Shown piece by piece: positions 50,453-58,785 of a stretch of DNA of 64,000 nt. The notes beneath the pieces are model-generated. The model had not been told where the DNA came from, made no database searches, and saw only the letters and a program-made list of their open reading frames with translations. The stretch is taken from the IMG/VR virus record IMGVR_UViG_3300015608_001493; one strand, written 5' to 3'. Within the stretch, counting starts at the first letter, position 1; every line of letters begins with the position of its first letter. A program made the translations under genes and the position numbers. The DNA is from an uncultured virus (IMG/VR IMGVR_UViG_3300015608_001493) (Duplodnaviria > Heunggongvirae > Uroviricota > Caudoviricetes).

Positions 50453-50733
50453 TTTGCAATTTTTAAAATGTTTTCAAACTGTTTGCGTATCTCCTTTAAA
50501 TCTTCTTCTTCTGGAATATGCAAAAGATGAATCAGTTTGTGAATAATACCCAGGTCTCCAATAGTTTGTTCGTTAGAAAGTTCTTTGAGATATGCAATGA
50601 AACAGGAGAGATGAAGAACCTTTGGTAGATTGTTTATAAACTCTTCGTCTGACATGAGTAGCACCTTTTGATACTCAAGATGAATCTCTTGATAAGAGAA
50701 ATGATATTTGTAATCATCGACTAAATAGATCAT
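50449..50733 (-). CDS. Hypothetical protein
   Basis: ATGA-coupled ORF. Confidence 0.6.
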   Translation of the reverse strand: MIYLVDDYKYHFSYQEIHLEYQKVLLMSDEEFINNLPKVLHLSCFIAYLKELSNEQTIGDLGIIHKLIHLLHIPEEEDLKEIRKQFENILKIAK

Positions 50734-51014
50734 TGTGCTTTACCGTTTATGTTTAATGTGTGTACCTCACCATTAGAGAATCCCACTTTAATGTTTTTAG
50801 AATAGAACCCTGTGGTACCTAGTTTAATTATAGCCTTAATTGAAAAAGCACTAATTAATGTATCCTTGGGATAATCTACTGTTACGCATCCACAAGAAGG
50901 TTTCACATTAGTAATTGTAACAGGTTGTCCAACGACATGACCTTTGAAGATTTCTTCATGATATTCTCCACTAATTGTTCTTTGAATTGTTGGGTTTTCG
51001 AATATGATTTTCAT
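50730..51014 (-). CDS. DUF1573-like Ig-fold protein
   Basis: ITNVKPSCGCVT motif and GFYSKNIKV...LNING end. Confidence 0.75.
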   Translation of the reverse strand: MKIIFENPTIQRTISGEYHEEIFKGHVVGQPVTITNVKPSCGCVTVDYPKDTLISAFSIKAIIKLGTTGFYSKNIKVGFSNGEVHTLNINGKAQ

Positions 51015-51107
51015 AAAACTGCTTTAAGTTTGTTGTTAAATAAGAAAGAAACCCTAAAATAACTGGGCCTATAAAGGCTATCACTAACCCTAAATAAAGT
51101 AGAAATA

Positions 51108-51494
51108 TTAAAAATCTCCCCATAATAGATCACTTCGTTCATAAAGTCCTTTTTCGATGGATTCCTCAGTAATATGAAGGAGTGCTTTAAACTCTTCCCA
51201 TTGATCTTTATTCATCATTGGCGGATAACAACTGTTTTCACAAGGGCGGTCCTCGTATTGTTTTGCTGGAACACTACAAGTACAAGGGCACTGTTTGTTT
51301 TTAAGACAGTTCTCATCCATTATAGTGAGTCTCCATTTTATTTGTTCATAAATATAATCAGGTACAATTCCTGGAAGATCTTCTACAAGTTTTCGAAAAT
51401 TACCTTGAATAAAACCTTTAATATTATTCGGTGTGATCTTGGCTTTCTTTTGGTCTTTTTTTTGATCTGGATGTTTTTCCGTGTTCTCTGACAT
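51108..51494 (-). CDS. Conserved Cys-rich (zinc-binding) phage protein
   Basis: FIQGN..EQIKWR..C..CPCTC..C..CYPPMM..WEEFK pattern. Confidence 0.6.
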   Translation of the reverse strand: MSENTEKHPDQKKDQKKAKITPNNIKGFIQGNFRKLVEDLPGIVPDYIYEQIKWRLTIMDENCLKNKQCPCTCSVPAKQYEDRPCENSCYPPMMNKDQWEEFKALLHITEESIEKGLYERSDLLWGDF

Positions 51495-51822
51495 GGTTAT
51501 GAATTTGTAAAATGTTTTCTAATTTTTGTTTTTTAACTCGATAGTTTTCAAGGTCTTTCTCTGAAACAGTATCCACCGGGTTTTCAAGAATCTTTTCAAT
51601 CATTTTAATATGCTTCCCTACTTTCCAGAAACTTATAGTAAACGTACCCCATAATGTAGCAACTTCGGGTTTTTCAATGTTAATGATATCTTTTTTAAGT
51701 TGCTTAAAATATGTAGTTATTACTATTTTTTTCTCTTCGTCTGTAAGTCCGTAGTTTGGAATTTTATTTATCAGATCATTTTTCATTTTTATAATAAGGA
51801 TGAAATACCGTGTTGTCCGCAC
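51424..51822 (-). CDS. Hypothetical basic protein (possibly HU-like)
   Basis: Basic ORF with WGTFTI motif; true start probably MKMKND. Confidence 0.5.
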   Translation of the reverse strand: MRTTRYFILIIKMKNDLINKIPNYGLTDEEKKIVITTYFKQLKKDIINIEKPEVATLWGTFTISFWKVGKHIKMIEKILENPVDTVSEKDLENYRVKKQKLENILQIHNHVREHGKTSRSKKRPKESQDHTE

Positions 51823-52141
51823 TGTTTAGAGTTACTGAGCAAGCCATAATAAACGAATCATTTACAATAATAATCTCAGGGTTTAAAAAATAACCTTCCT
51901 CTAGTTTAACGAGATAGCCCATGTTTTTTAATCGAGAAAAATAATTGTAACACGAGTTCATTGAGGTCAGGATTTTATGCCTAAAGATTTCATTCTTTGC
52001 TTCTACACCATATAAATATATATAAGATAGAACTGTGATATCTGTTTCGTTTAAAACTGGTTCAGGAACATTAATACTCATATTAAGTTGAAACTTAATA
52101 AACTCAACAGGGGACAGTTTATACTCTTTCTTCAGAATCAT
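51776..52141 (-). CDS. Winged-helix DNA-binding protein
   Basis: LNETDITVL...YNYFSRLKNMGYLVK..YFLNP wHTH pattern. Confidence 0.65.
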   Translation of the reverse strand: MILKKEYKLSPVEFIKFQLNMSINVPEPVLNETDITVLSYIYLYGVEAKNEIFRHKILTSMNSCYNYFSRLKNMGYLVKLEEGYFLNPEIIIVNDSFIMACSVTLNSADNTVFHPYYKNEK

Positions 52142-52394
52142 TTTGTTTTGCTTTTAAAATTACTTTTTTAGTTTTGTTGTCTACGTTTAAAATATTGAGA
52201 TCATAAGCGTAAAATAAAATACGATTTATCTCTTGATCTAAAAAGTTGGCTATTTCTATTGCCTGATTTGCATTTAGGTTCCACTTGTTTCGTTTAAACT
52301 CGTCGAGTAAAAAACGATAACCTAAACCTTTCTCTCTGGTTTCAGTAAGTAACCTTTGGTAAAGTTCTTTTTTATTAAACTCTTTTTGGTTCAT
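52119..52394 (-). CDS. Hypothetical protein (first gene of the minus-strand block)
   Basis: 91-aa ORF with an AT-rich leader. Confidence 0.6.
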   Translation of the reverse strand: MNQKEFNKKELYQRLLTETREKGLGYRFLLDEFKRNKWNLNANQAIEIANFLDQEINRILFYAYDLNILNVDNKTKKVILKAKQNDSEERV

Positions 52395-52410
52395 ATTATT
52401 AAATTTTTGG

Positions 52411-52490
52411 TAAAGATACTATGTTTTTAGATTTTAACGAAAAAAGTTAGAAAAAAGTTTTGATAATTGGTTTGAGTTCTATTATCTTTA
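52411..52490. promoter_or_regulatory. Back-to-back Bacteroidota-like promoter elements at the strand switch
   Basis: TATCTTTA on minus (52411-52418) and TTTG-N20-TATCTTTA on plus (52459-52490); one mismatch to TAnnTTTG. Confidence 0.45.
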
Positions 52491-53169
52491 CACTAATGAT
52501 TCTGAGTATATACTCCACAGCCTTGAAGTTATGCTTCTGAAAGAGAAGGGTTAATAAAGATTCCTGTGGATGCTACTAGTTGAATATAATAATTGTTTGA
52601 TGTTCTAAACGCCTAAGTCTTTTAAGATATGGTGCAAAGAAGATGGGAAACGTTTAACGTCCCTACACCTATGAGTGGAGTCTTTTAGTAACTACAACAA
52701 AAATGTTATTCACATTATCAGGACAAGTTGGAAGTTTTACTTTTGGTGGTCGTGCATCACTAAACCCTTTTAGTCTCTATTCTTGACGAAATTCTTAACT
52801 GTTATCTCACGGACAGTATTAAAGCCTTGGTGTAAACTGAGGCTTTATTTTTTGGTGTTCCTAATGTTGTTTAGAGGATGTGAGTTATTTACAGAATACG
52901 AGGTGTTTATATGTGTGTTGTTTGGGGTAGTCTTTACCACAACCTCGCTACCCTTCCTCAATTTGGTCAGTACCCCCGGGTACTTTTTCCGGCACGGTTT
53001 CAAAATCCGGCTGGTACTGACCATTCAACTCGTTTATGATTGTACGAAACAATCGGCATTTTCCCAATTGAGTGGATCAATTGGCGCTGAGGTCTACTAC
53101 GGTATTCCTTCTCGTGAAATGTGCGTAAAAGCATTTCAAATTTCACCGTTCATCAAAAAAAAACGAAAA

Positions 53170-53358
53170 ATGAAAGTCGTTGCATTTGTTCTTGGGTTTC
53201 TTGTAGGTTTTTTACTCGGATTTATCTCTATTTGGGTCATTAACTGGGTGGTCACGCATGAGACACTCCTTGTAGGAGTGTCTCAGTTTATCGGGTTGTT
53301 CTTCGGGGCATTTGCGGGATTAGCAAATGCCATCTGCTGGACAGATCGAACGAAATAG
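53170..53358 (+). CDS. Small two-TM membrane protein
   Basis: MKVVAFVLGF... after an A-rich leader; the upstream extension to 52783 looks noncoding. Confidence 0.6.
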   Translation: MKVVAFVLGFLVGFLLGFISIWVINWVVTHETLLVGVSQFIGLFFGAFAGLANAICWTDRTK

Positions 53359-53373
53359 GAGGAATTGATTCCG

Positions 53374-53407
53374 TCATCAAGGGTTGAAATTACTCAACCC
53401 TTGATGA
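53374..53407 (+). terminator. Perfect 14-bp hairpin
   Basis: TCATCAAGGGTTGA-N6-TCAACCCTTGATGA; no U-tract. Confidence 0.5.
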
Positions 53408-53794
53408 GTAGGTGAAAATGGGAGTGACTACTGTAATGGTAGTTGCTCCCTTTCTTTTGGAAGAAACAACACGTCATAGAGAGGAGACAACATTTAGTTG
53501 TCTCAAAACCAGCCTCTTCGGAGGGTAGGGGGTACATCCTGTTTTGGAGGATGTGGGGCTGGTTATTTAACATTTTCTTAACGAGTTTGTCGGAGAGAAA
53601 ATGTGTGACAAGATGACGTAAGTCATTGATTGTCAGGGGGTTGGTGTAAAAAGAAATCCCCCACAAAAAAGCATGAATCTTCGCTGATGTCAATATTCGT
53701 ATTGCATCAGTAGATATAAAACTATCATGCTATCGGTAGTCCACGATAGCATTATATAACGCCCGAAGGACAAGGGTTAAAATGCTAAACGTTT

Positions 53795-54160
53795 ATGCTG
53801 ACGGTAAAAACTAAGGTACGCGAATACATCAAAAACGGCAATCCGGTATTTGTCTATGCCCTCGCGGGTAGCAAAGAAGAACTCGCCGAGTACAAAAAAA
53901 TCCAAGCCGATTACTATCGGGAAGACGAGAAGACCAAAGAACCTCTCTTCTTCTCACCCCGTCCTGTAAATCCCGGCACTGTGTTGGCTCCCAATCGTGA
54001 AAACACACGTTTCGTTGTGCAACAAGACTTGGAAGCCCAGGTCGCTGCCACTGAAACCGCCAAAAATGCCCAATTGGGCAAACTGCAAGCCATGCAGGAG
54101 TTTCTGGGCTTGACAAAAAGCCAAATGCAGCAAATGCTGCTTGGTCAATTGTCAATCTGA
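53795..54160 (+). CDS. Hypothetical early protein
   Basis: 121 aa; GNPVFVY...YYRED...PLFF; followed by a strong hairpin. Confidence 0.75.
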   Translation: MLTVKTKVREYIKNGNPVFVYALAGSKEELAEYKKIQADYYREDEKTKEPLFFSPRPVNPGTVLAPNRENTRFVVQQDLEAQVAATETAKNAQLGKLQAMQEFLGLTKSQMQQMLLGQLSI

Positions 54161-54161
54161 A

Positions 54162-54900
54162 ATTAGCACACACTGGATTCGTCTGGTGTGTGCTAATCAA
54201 TACTTAGGATGCTTTCTGCCAGTCCGTAAGGATGATCCGAAGGTAGAGGCGTAACGTGAGAAGGATATCGTTACACAGTTTGAAGTATCAGTTCACCCTC
54301 TTTACGGGTGAGGTTCCTACACCTAATGTAGGTTTTAAGAGTCGTCACACTCTTATGTAATTTGAGTGATAAAACTATGGTACGAACCCATAGTGTCTCA
54401 TTGTTCTAGAAAAAACACTAATGTGCGTTAGTGTTAACAATGGGATTGGGTTGTTCAATTTGTAGCATAATGAACAACAAGATTAAATGCTACTGCTCCA
54501 AGCGCCAGAGCAAATTAAAGGGCGGGGATGCTGGTATCCTTACGTGAGATTAAAACCAGTAAGTTTGAAGGTTAGATTGAACCTTCCGTAATAACCAAGT
54601 CTGATACGTGAAGTCAGACCGTTTATAAGTTTCTGCCAGATGCCCAAAGGGTTGTGGGTCGAAGTGAAACTTATGTAATAACCAATAAAACACTACCGTA
54701 AGGCGTAGTGGGTATAGCCAATGAGTTGTCCATTTGAGGCCTCCGTTAAAATCTATACTAGTGTTTTATTAAAGTTAATCTGGTTGTGTACACAACTATC
54801 AATATCAGTGAACTACTAACTCATTGATACAGATTAACCTTTTTTTCTTTTTGAGTCACCAACGGTGGACTCTACTCTTCGATGAGGAAAAGAAACTGGA
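54162..54900 (+). ncRNA. Structured noncoding tract (contiguous hairpins, multibranch elements and pseudoknots)
   Basis: No plus-strand ORF of 60 aa or more; near-continuous stems, several with G-U pairs and TTCG/GTAA loops that favour the plus strand. Confidence 0.55.
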
Positions 54901-54933
54901 TCGTATTTTTTTTCATCTCTTAACTCTAAAAAT

Positions 54934-55332
54934 ATGTGGTTAAAAAACCAGAGCTACACAATGTGTGTAGTTAAAACTCTTGACGAGGCGATTGCGGCTT
55001 CGCAGCGCCGAGGACATTCAGTTCTGTTCTTCGGAACACACCAACAGTTTCACGAGTCCGATATGGGCAGTGAAGTGAACCCTGTTGGACACTTCACTGA
55101 AACAACTGTTTGGGCCGGAGGGACCGGCTCCGGCAGAACAGAAGAAACCATAACCATTTATCGCGACGCCGAAGGCCTCTTCGTAATTGAAGAGGTTCAA
55201 GTATGGGGGAGCTGGGATAAGATTGTATTATTCCGCATACCATACGATGGCCTTGCCATCGCGCCTTACCACCCCACCGCTAATCCGCGCTATTCTCGTA
55301 GCGCGCCCGAGTATTATCAAAAACCATCGTAA
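54934..55332 (+). CDS. Hypothetical early protein
   Basis: GC-richer 132-aa ORF with an AT-rich leader. Confidence 0.65.
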   Translation: MWLKNQSYTMCVVKTLDEAIAASQRRGHSVLFFGTHQQFHESDMGSEVNPVGHFTETTVWAGGTGSGRTEETITIYRDAEGLFVIEEVQVWGSWDKIVLFRIPYDGLAIAPYHPTANPRYSRSAPEYYQKPS

Positions 55333-55359
55333 CTTGCCAACCAACTGACTACGGTTCAC

Positions 55360-55560
55360 ATGAAAATTATAGAAAAATCTACGGGAAAGCATCTTGAACT
55401 TCCGTACTATGGGCGGGACTTATTTGGATTTCACCAAAATCCACGGCACTATCGAATCATTTATAAAGAAAATAAAATTATCAAACAATATGAAAGTCAA
55501 GTTGGTTCTCAACGTTGGTCATATGAAATTGATATAACTGATAAATTTAAAATACTGTAG
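55360..55560 (+). CDS. Hypothetical protein
   Basis: 66-aa ORF with ATG start. Confidence 0.6.
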   Translation: MKIIEKSTGKHLELPYYGRDLFGFHQNPRHYRIIYKENKIIKQYESQVGSQRWSYEIDITDKFKIL

Positions 55561-55669
55561 TCGCAATCCTCCCTTTCGCAGATGATGGTTTAGCAGCGAA
55601 GACGGGATCAGGGTCCACGACTCCAAAACGGCGTCGCAATCCTCCCTTTCGCAGATGATGGTTTAGCAG
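55560..55669. CRISPR. Repeat-spacer-repeat (37-36-37 nt), candidate CRISPR mini-array
   Basis: Two identical copies of GTCGCAATCCTCCCTTTCGCAGATGATGGTTTAGCAG (55560-55596, 55633-55669); reverse complement ends GGATTGCGAC. The repeat is certain, the CRISPR identity is not; no cas genes in the window. Confidence 0.45.
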
Positions 55670-55910
55670 TTATTACATCACCAAGTCTTCGGCTCTTTCA
55701 CCGCAAATGAAAGAACAAATCCACAAATATGACCCGCAAGGTTGTAATCGGAGATAACTTGGTGACCAGTATCAGAACTTTGTGGTCTGATTAGTAAAGA
55801 AGTTTGATGGCTCACTACCATCGGCTATATAATTCCTCTAAGTCGTCCTTAGAGCAGTGAATCCTATACTGTAAAAAGAAGGATATTCTTTAATTAAAAT
55901 TTTTCATCAG

Positions 55911-56279
55911 ATGCGAAGAGAAACAACAGAAAGTATTGTCATTGCAAGGGTCCACGAAGTGGACGAAAATGACAACCCTATCGACCTCTCGTATGAGGTC
56001 GAAGTAAACGCAGAGTTTGGAGATGATGCGGAAATCTTCCGCGAATGCCAGCGCCAAACTGGGAAACCGAACCTTGTCTTAGTATCGGTGCGCAAACCTT
56101 TGACTAACATCTCAACGGCGGATTTATACGCCATGATGATGCTGATTGAGAGGAAGGCAGAGAAGTACGTCAGTGTCCATAACACGTTCCCACCCATGGG
56201 ATCGTATATGGACAAACTCGATGCGCTCCGAGCGCGCATCGACTCGGAAATCAAGTCGAGGATTGACGACTTGATTTAA
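55911..56279 (+). CDS. Hypothetical early protein
   Basis: 122-aa ORF with an AT-rich leader. Confidence 0.7.
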   Translation: MRRETTESIVIARVHEVDENDNPIDLSYEVEVNAEFGDDAEIFRECQRQTGKPNLVLVSVRKPLTNISTADLYAMMMLIERKAEKYVSVHNTFPPMGSYMDKLDALRARIDSEIKSRIDDLI

Positions 56280-56603
56280 GATGCGACTCACAGGCTCCGT
56301 GAGTATAATTAGGACAACCTGATCCCTATATCATCAATAGGGCGCGACAGTCTCTTCGTTGAGACACAATGGTAGTGCGTGAAACTACTATTTTTTAACT
56401 CGTCTGAGCGAGTATAAACAGTCATTTAGGCTCAGAGCGTTCACATTGATGTGAGATATGAATATTAATGATTGCAAACAACTGTTTGACCAACAGTGCC
56501 AACTCTGATATTTCAGGATGTTGGTCAAAATTTCGTTGTATCAAATTGAAAATAGTCAAATTGTCTACATCCTGAACAAGACGTTAAATAAAGTAGGGAT
56601 TAA

Positions 56604-56852
56604 TTGAAAAAAAAAAAAGAAAAAGTGAAAAAAATTGTGTATCCAAATTACGCATTCCTGTGGCGTAGTAATGAAACGGAAACCCAACATTTGGGTTTCC
56701 CAGTCAAAAAGGAACAGGAATTTGAAGAATGGTGCAAGACCAACAACATTGGCTTTGAACCTGAAAATATTCAGGGAATCACCAAATCTGATTGCCATGT
56801 ATTTTGGCCAATTGGAAAATGTCCTGTAACTTTTGTCCAAGAGACATTATAA
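56604..56852 (+). CDS. Hypothetical protein
   Basis: ORF; start uncertain (A12 run at the 5' end, GTG alternative). Confidence 0.5.
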   Translation: MKKKKEKVKKIVYPNYAFLWRSNETETQHLGFPVKKEQEFEEWCKTNNIGFEPENIQGITKSDCHVFWPIGKCPVTFVQETL

Positions 56853-56914
56853 AACATGAATATTGAAACTGCATCTGCACTTACACGGAACCCGTCACCG
56901 ATAACCGGGAAAAA

Positions 56915-57619
56915 ATGAAAAGTACAACCATTGCGACGAACCCTCAATTCTTCCTTACGGCCGGCGGAAATGTGCTCGCCTATGGTGGCCAGTACGCGGC
57001 ATTTCATAATGTTGAAGGAGACTTCCTGAGAATGGCGTCTCTTGAAGAGGCCGAGTTCCTTGCTGGCGTGTTGCAGCCGGTGAACTTCCCGGCCGACCGG
57101 ATGCCAGATTTTGAAAACCCCAGCGAATGGGTTTTCTTATGGTCGGTCAAATCCAGCGATTATTCCAATTATCGGCCGGAAACGTGTAATAACGGAGGCG
57201 ATTACGCCTTCTATGTTACTACCTCGTACTATGCTCGTAAGACCCGAAAGGGTTGGCAGTTCTGCGCCCTGGATGTTCATGGAACTTCGGCAGAATTTGA
57301 TTACGACGAGATAACTGGAAATTTCCAGTCCACGACATGGACACCTGTGATTGGGGCCAGCCACGAAATTGCTCTATATGTTCAAGGCGACGGCTCACCG
57401 CTTATCTTGGATGAAATCACGAAAACGGTAGGGTTACCGTTCAATGCTACCGATATTATTAACGATCCTAACGATGAAAACCCTATGGATTGGGCTGTAA
57501 TACTGCCCACATTTTCCGAACTTCGTAGGCGCGCATTGCGCCTACGCGAAATTGGGTTTACACGTCCTAATGCCCACCAACGTAAAGGACGACGTGGTAA
57601 TATGAGCAAACGCCGATAA
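56915..57619 (+). CDS. Hypothetical early protein
   Basis: 234 aa; TCNNGGDY and TSAEFDYDE motifs; basic tail. Confidence 0.75.
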   Translation: MKSTTIATNPQFFLTAGGNVLAYGGQYAAFHNVEGDFLRMASLEEAEFLAGVLQPVNFPADRMPDFENPSEWVFLWSVKSSDYSNYRPETCNNGGDYAFYVTTSYYARKTRKGWQFCALDVHGTSAEFDYDEITGNFQSTTWTPVIGASHEIALYVQGDGSPLILDEITKTVGLPFNATDIINDPNDENPMDWAVILPTFSELRRRALRLREIGFTRPNAHQRKGRRGNMSKRR

Positions 57620-57772
57620 AAAAAAATATTTAACTGGTTCTTATTTGCGTCAGCAATAAGCGTAACACTCAACCAGTTAAAATTCCAAATCCTATCATCC
57701 ATAGAGTCTCTCTCCGTGCTCTCGATAGGTACTAAGGAGTGTAAACCCAACGATGTAAATTAGTTGGTTTCT

Positions 57773-57847
57773 GGACTCATCGCCAAGTTGGTGAAGGCAC
57801 TTGACTCATAATCAAGAGATACACAGGTTCGAACCCTGTTGGGTCCA
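57773..57847 (+). tRNA. tRNA with CAT anticodon (elongator Met or Ile2)
   Basis: Acceptor GGACTCA/TGGGTCC; anticodon arm CTTGA-CTCATAA-TCAAG; GGTTCGAACCC T-arm; no encoded CCA. Confidence 0.9.
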
Positions 57848-57872
57848 CTTTATATTCATTAAAGTGTCAATT

Positions 57873-58115
57873 ATGAAAGCAGAGGAAGCGAAAAAGAAAA
57901 CTGAAAATGCAATTCTAACAAACAGTAATAGTTTGTTAGATCAAGTTTATGCAAAAATCGAGGAGGCTTGTCAAAAAGGCGAGTTCTTTTGTAAAATAAA
58001 GGAACTACACCCTTTGATTAACGATAAACTTGTCGAAGACGGGTTTAAAGTTACATTTTACCCTGGTGATTATAGAGGCGAAACAGACGCCTATTATAAA
58101 ATATCATGGGAATAA
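57873..58115 (+). CDS. Hypothetical phage protein
   Basis: MKAEEAKKKT...LVEDGFKV...KISW, a common small phage protein pattern; start moved downstream of the tRNA. Confidence 0.75.
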   Translation: MKAEEAKKKTENAILTNSNSLLDQVYAKIEEACQKGEFFCKIKELHPLINDKLVEDGFKVTFYPGDYRGETDAYYKISWE

Positions 58116-58785
58116 AAAATAACCCAAGTAACGAACTCAGGCGAGGTAGTTATGAGGGTTTAACTAATAACAACTGCCGAACATCCGCGATAAGGACTAC
58201 GGAGAGTATATAATGTGAGAGTTTCGAACTCACCAGTTGTTTTTTTTTTCATTTTTCATTTTTCATTTTATGACACTAATTTTGAACCCGTCAGGCTCAC
58301 TGAGCAGTGACAAAGATTACGATTGGGACACCAAGTGAACCTGTAACCCTTGAACACTTAGGGTTGGTATGTGAGAAAGTGTTACGTTACGGTGAGAATC
58401 CATAACAAACATGTGGGGCTTATGTCTTGAAGCACAATAGAGCATTGCAAATTGTGTAAAATACAGTATAAGGGAGAAATCCTAAACGAGCAATAAAATT
58501 TTATACTGTACATATCAAGCATTAGTGCGGACTTAGCACATATTTAACGGAACTATTGTTGGTGGAATAACAAGTATTTACTTGCCTCACAAAATAGGTT
58601 ATGTGCAAAACATCATGTAGTGGTACAGCCTTAATCTGTACAAGTCTTAAATAAAATTCCTCTGTGGCAGTAAAACCACATGATAATTAAAAAGATTCAC
58701 AAGAGAATAGTCAATATCTTGTCCCGACTGTTGGGTAAAACAGTAGTCGTTAAAGGTTAACTCACTACCTAATTTTAAAAGTGAG
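58116..58785 (+). ncRNA. Structured noncoding tract
   Basis: 670 nt without a long ORF; many stems (AACAACTG/CAGTTGTT, AACCCT/AGGGTT, TACAGTATAA/TTATACTGTA, GTACAG/CTGTAC). Confidence 0.45.

Noticed and set aside
52783..53169. N-terminal extension of the 191-aa ORF
   Set aside because: TTG start; runs through TG-skewed and hairpin sequence; a better ATG with an A-rich leader lies at 53170.
53394..53693. Minus-strand 99-aa ORF (and other minus-strand ORFs in 53-63 kb)
   Set aside because: Opposite to the local gene direction, atypical composition, and overlapping hairpins or better plus-strand genes.
57801..57872. ORF start inside the CAT tRNA
   Set aside because: Overlaps the tRNA; the ATG at 57873 gives a typical protein.
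54450..58785. preQ1 riboswitch identity for the small pseudoknots
   Set aside because: Topology is similar, but the conserved preQ1-I loop and tail nucleotides are absent and no queuosine genes are adjacent.
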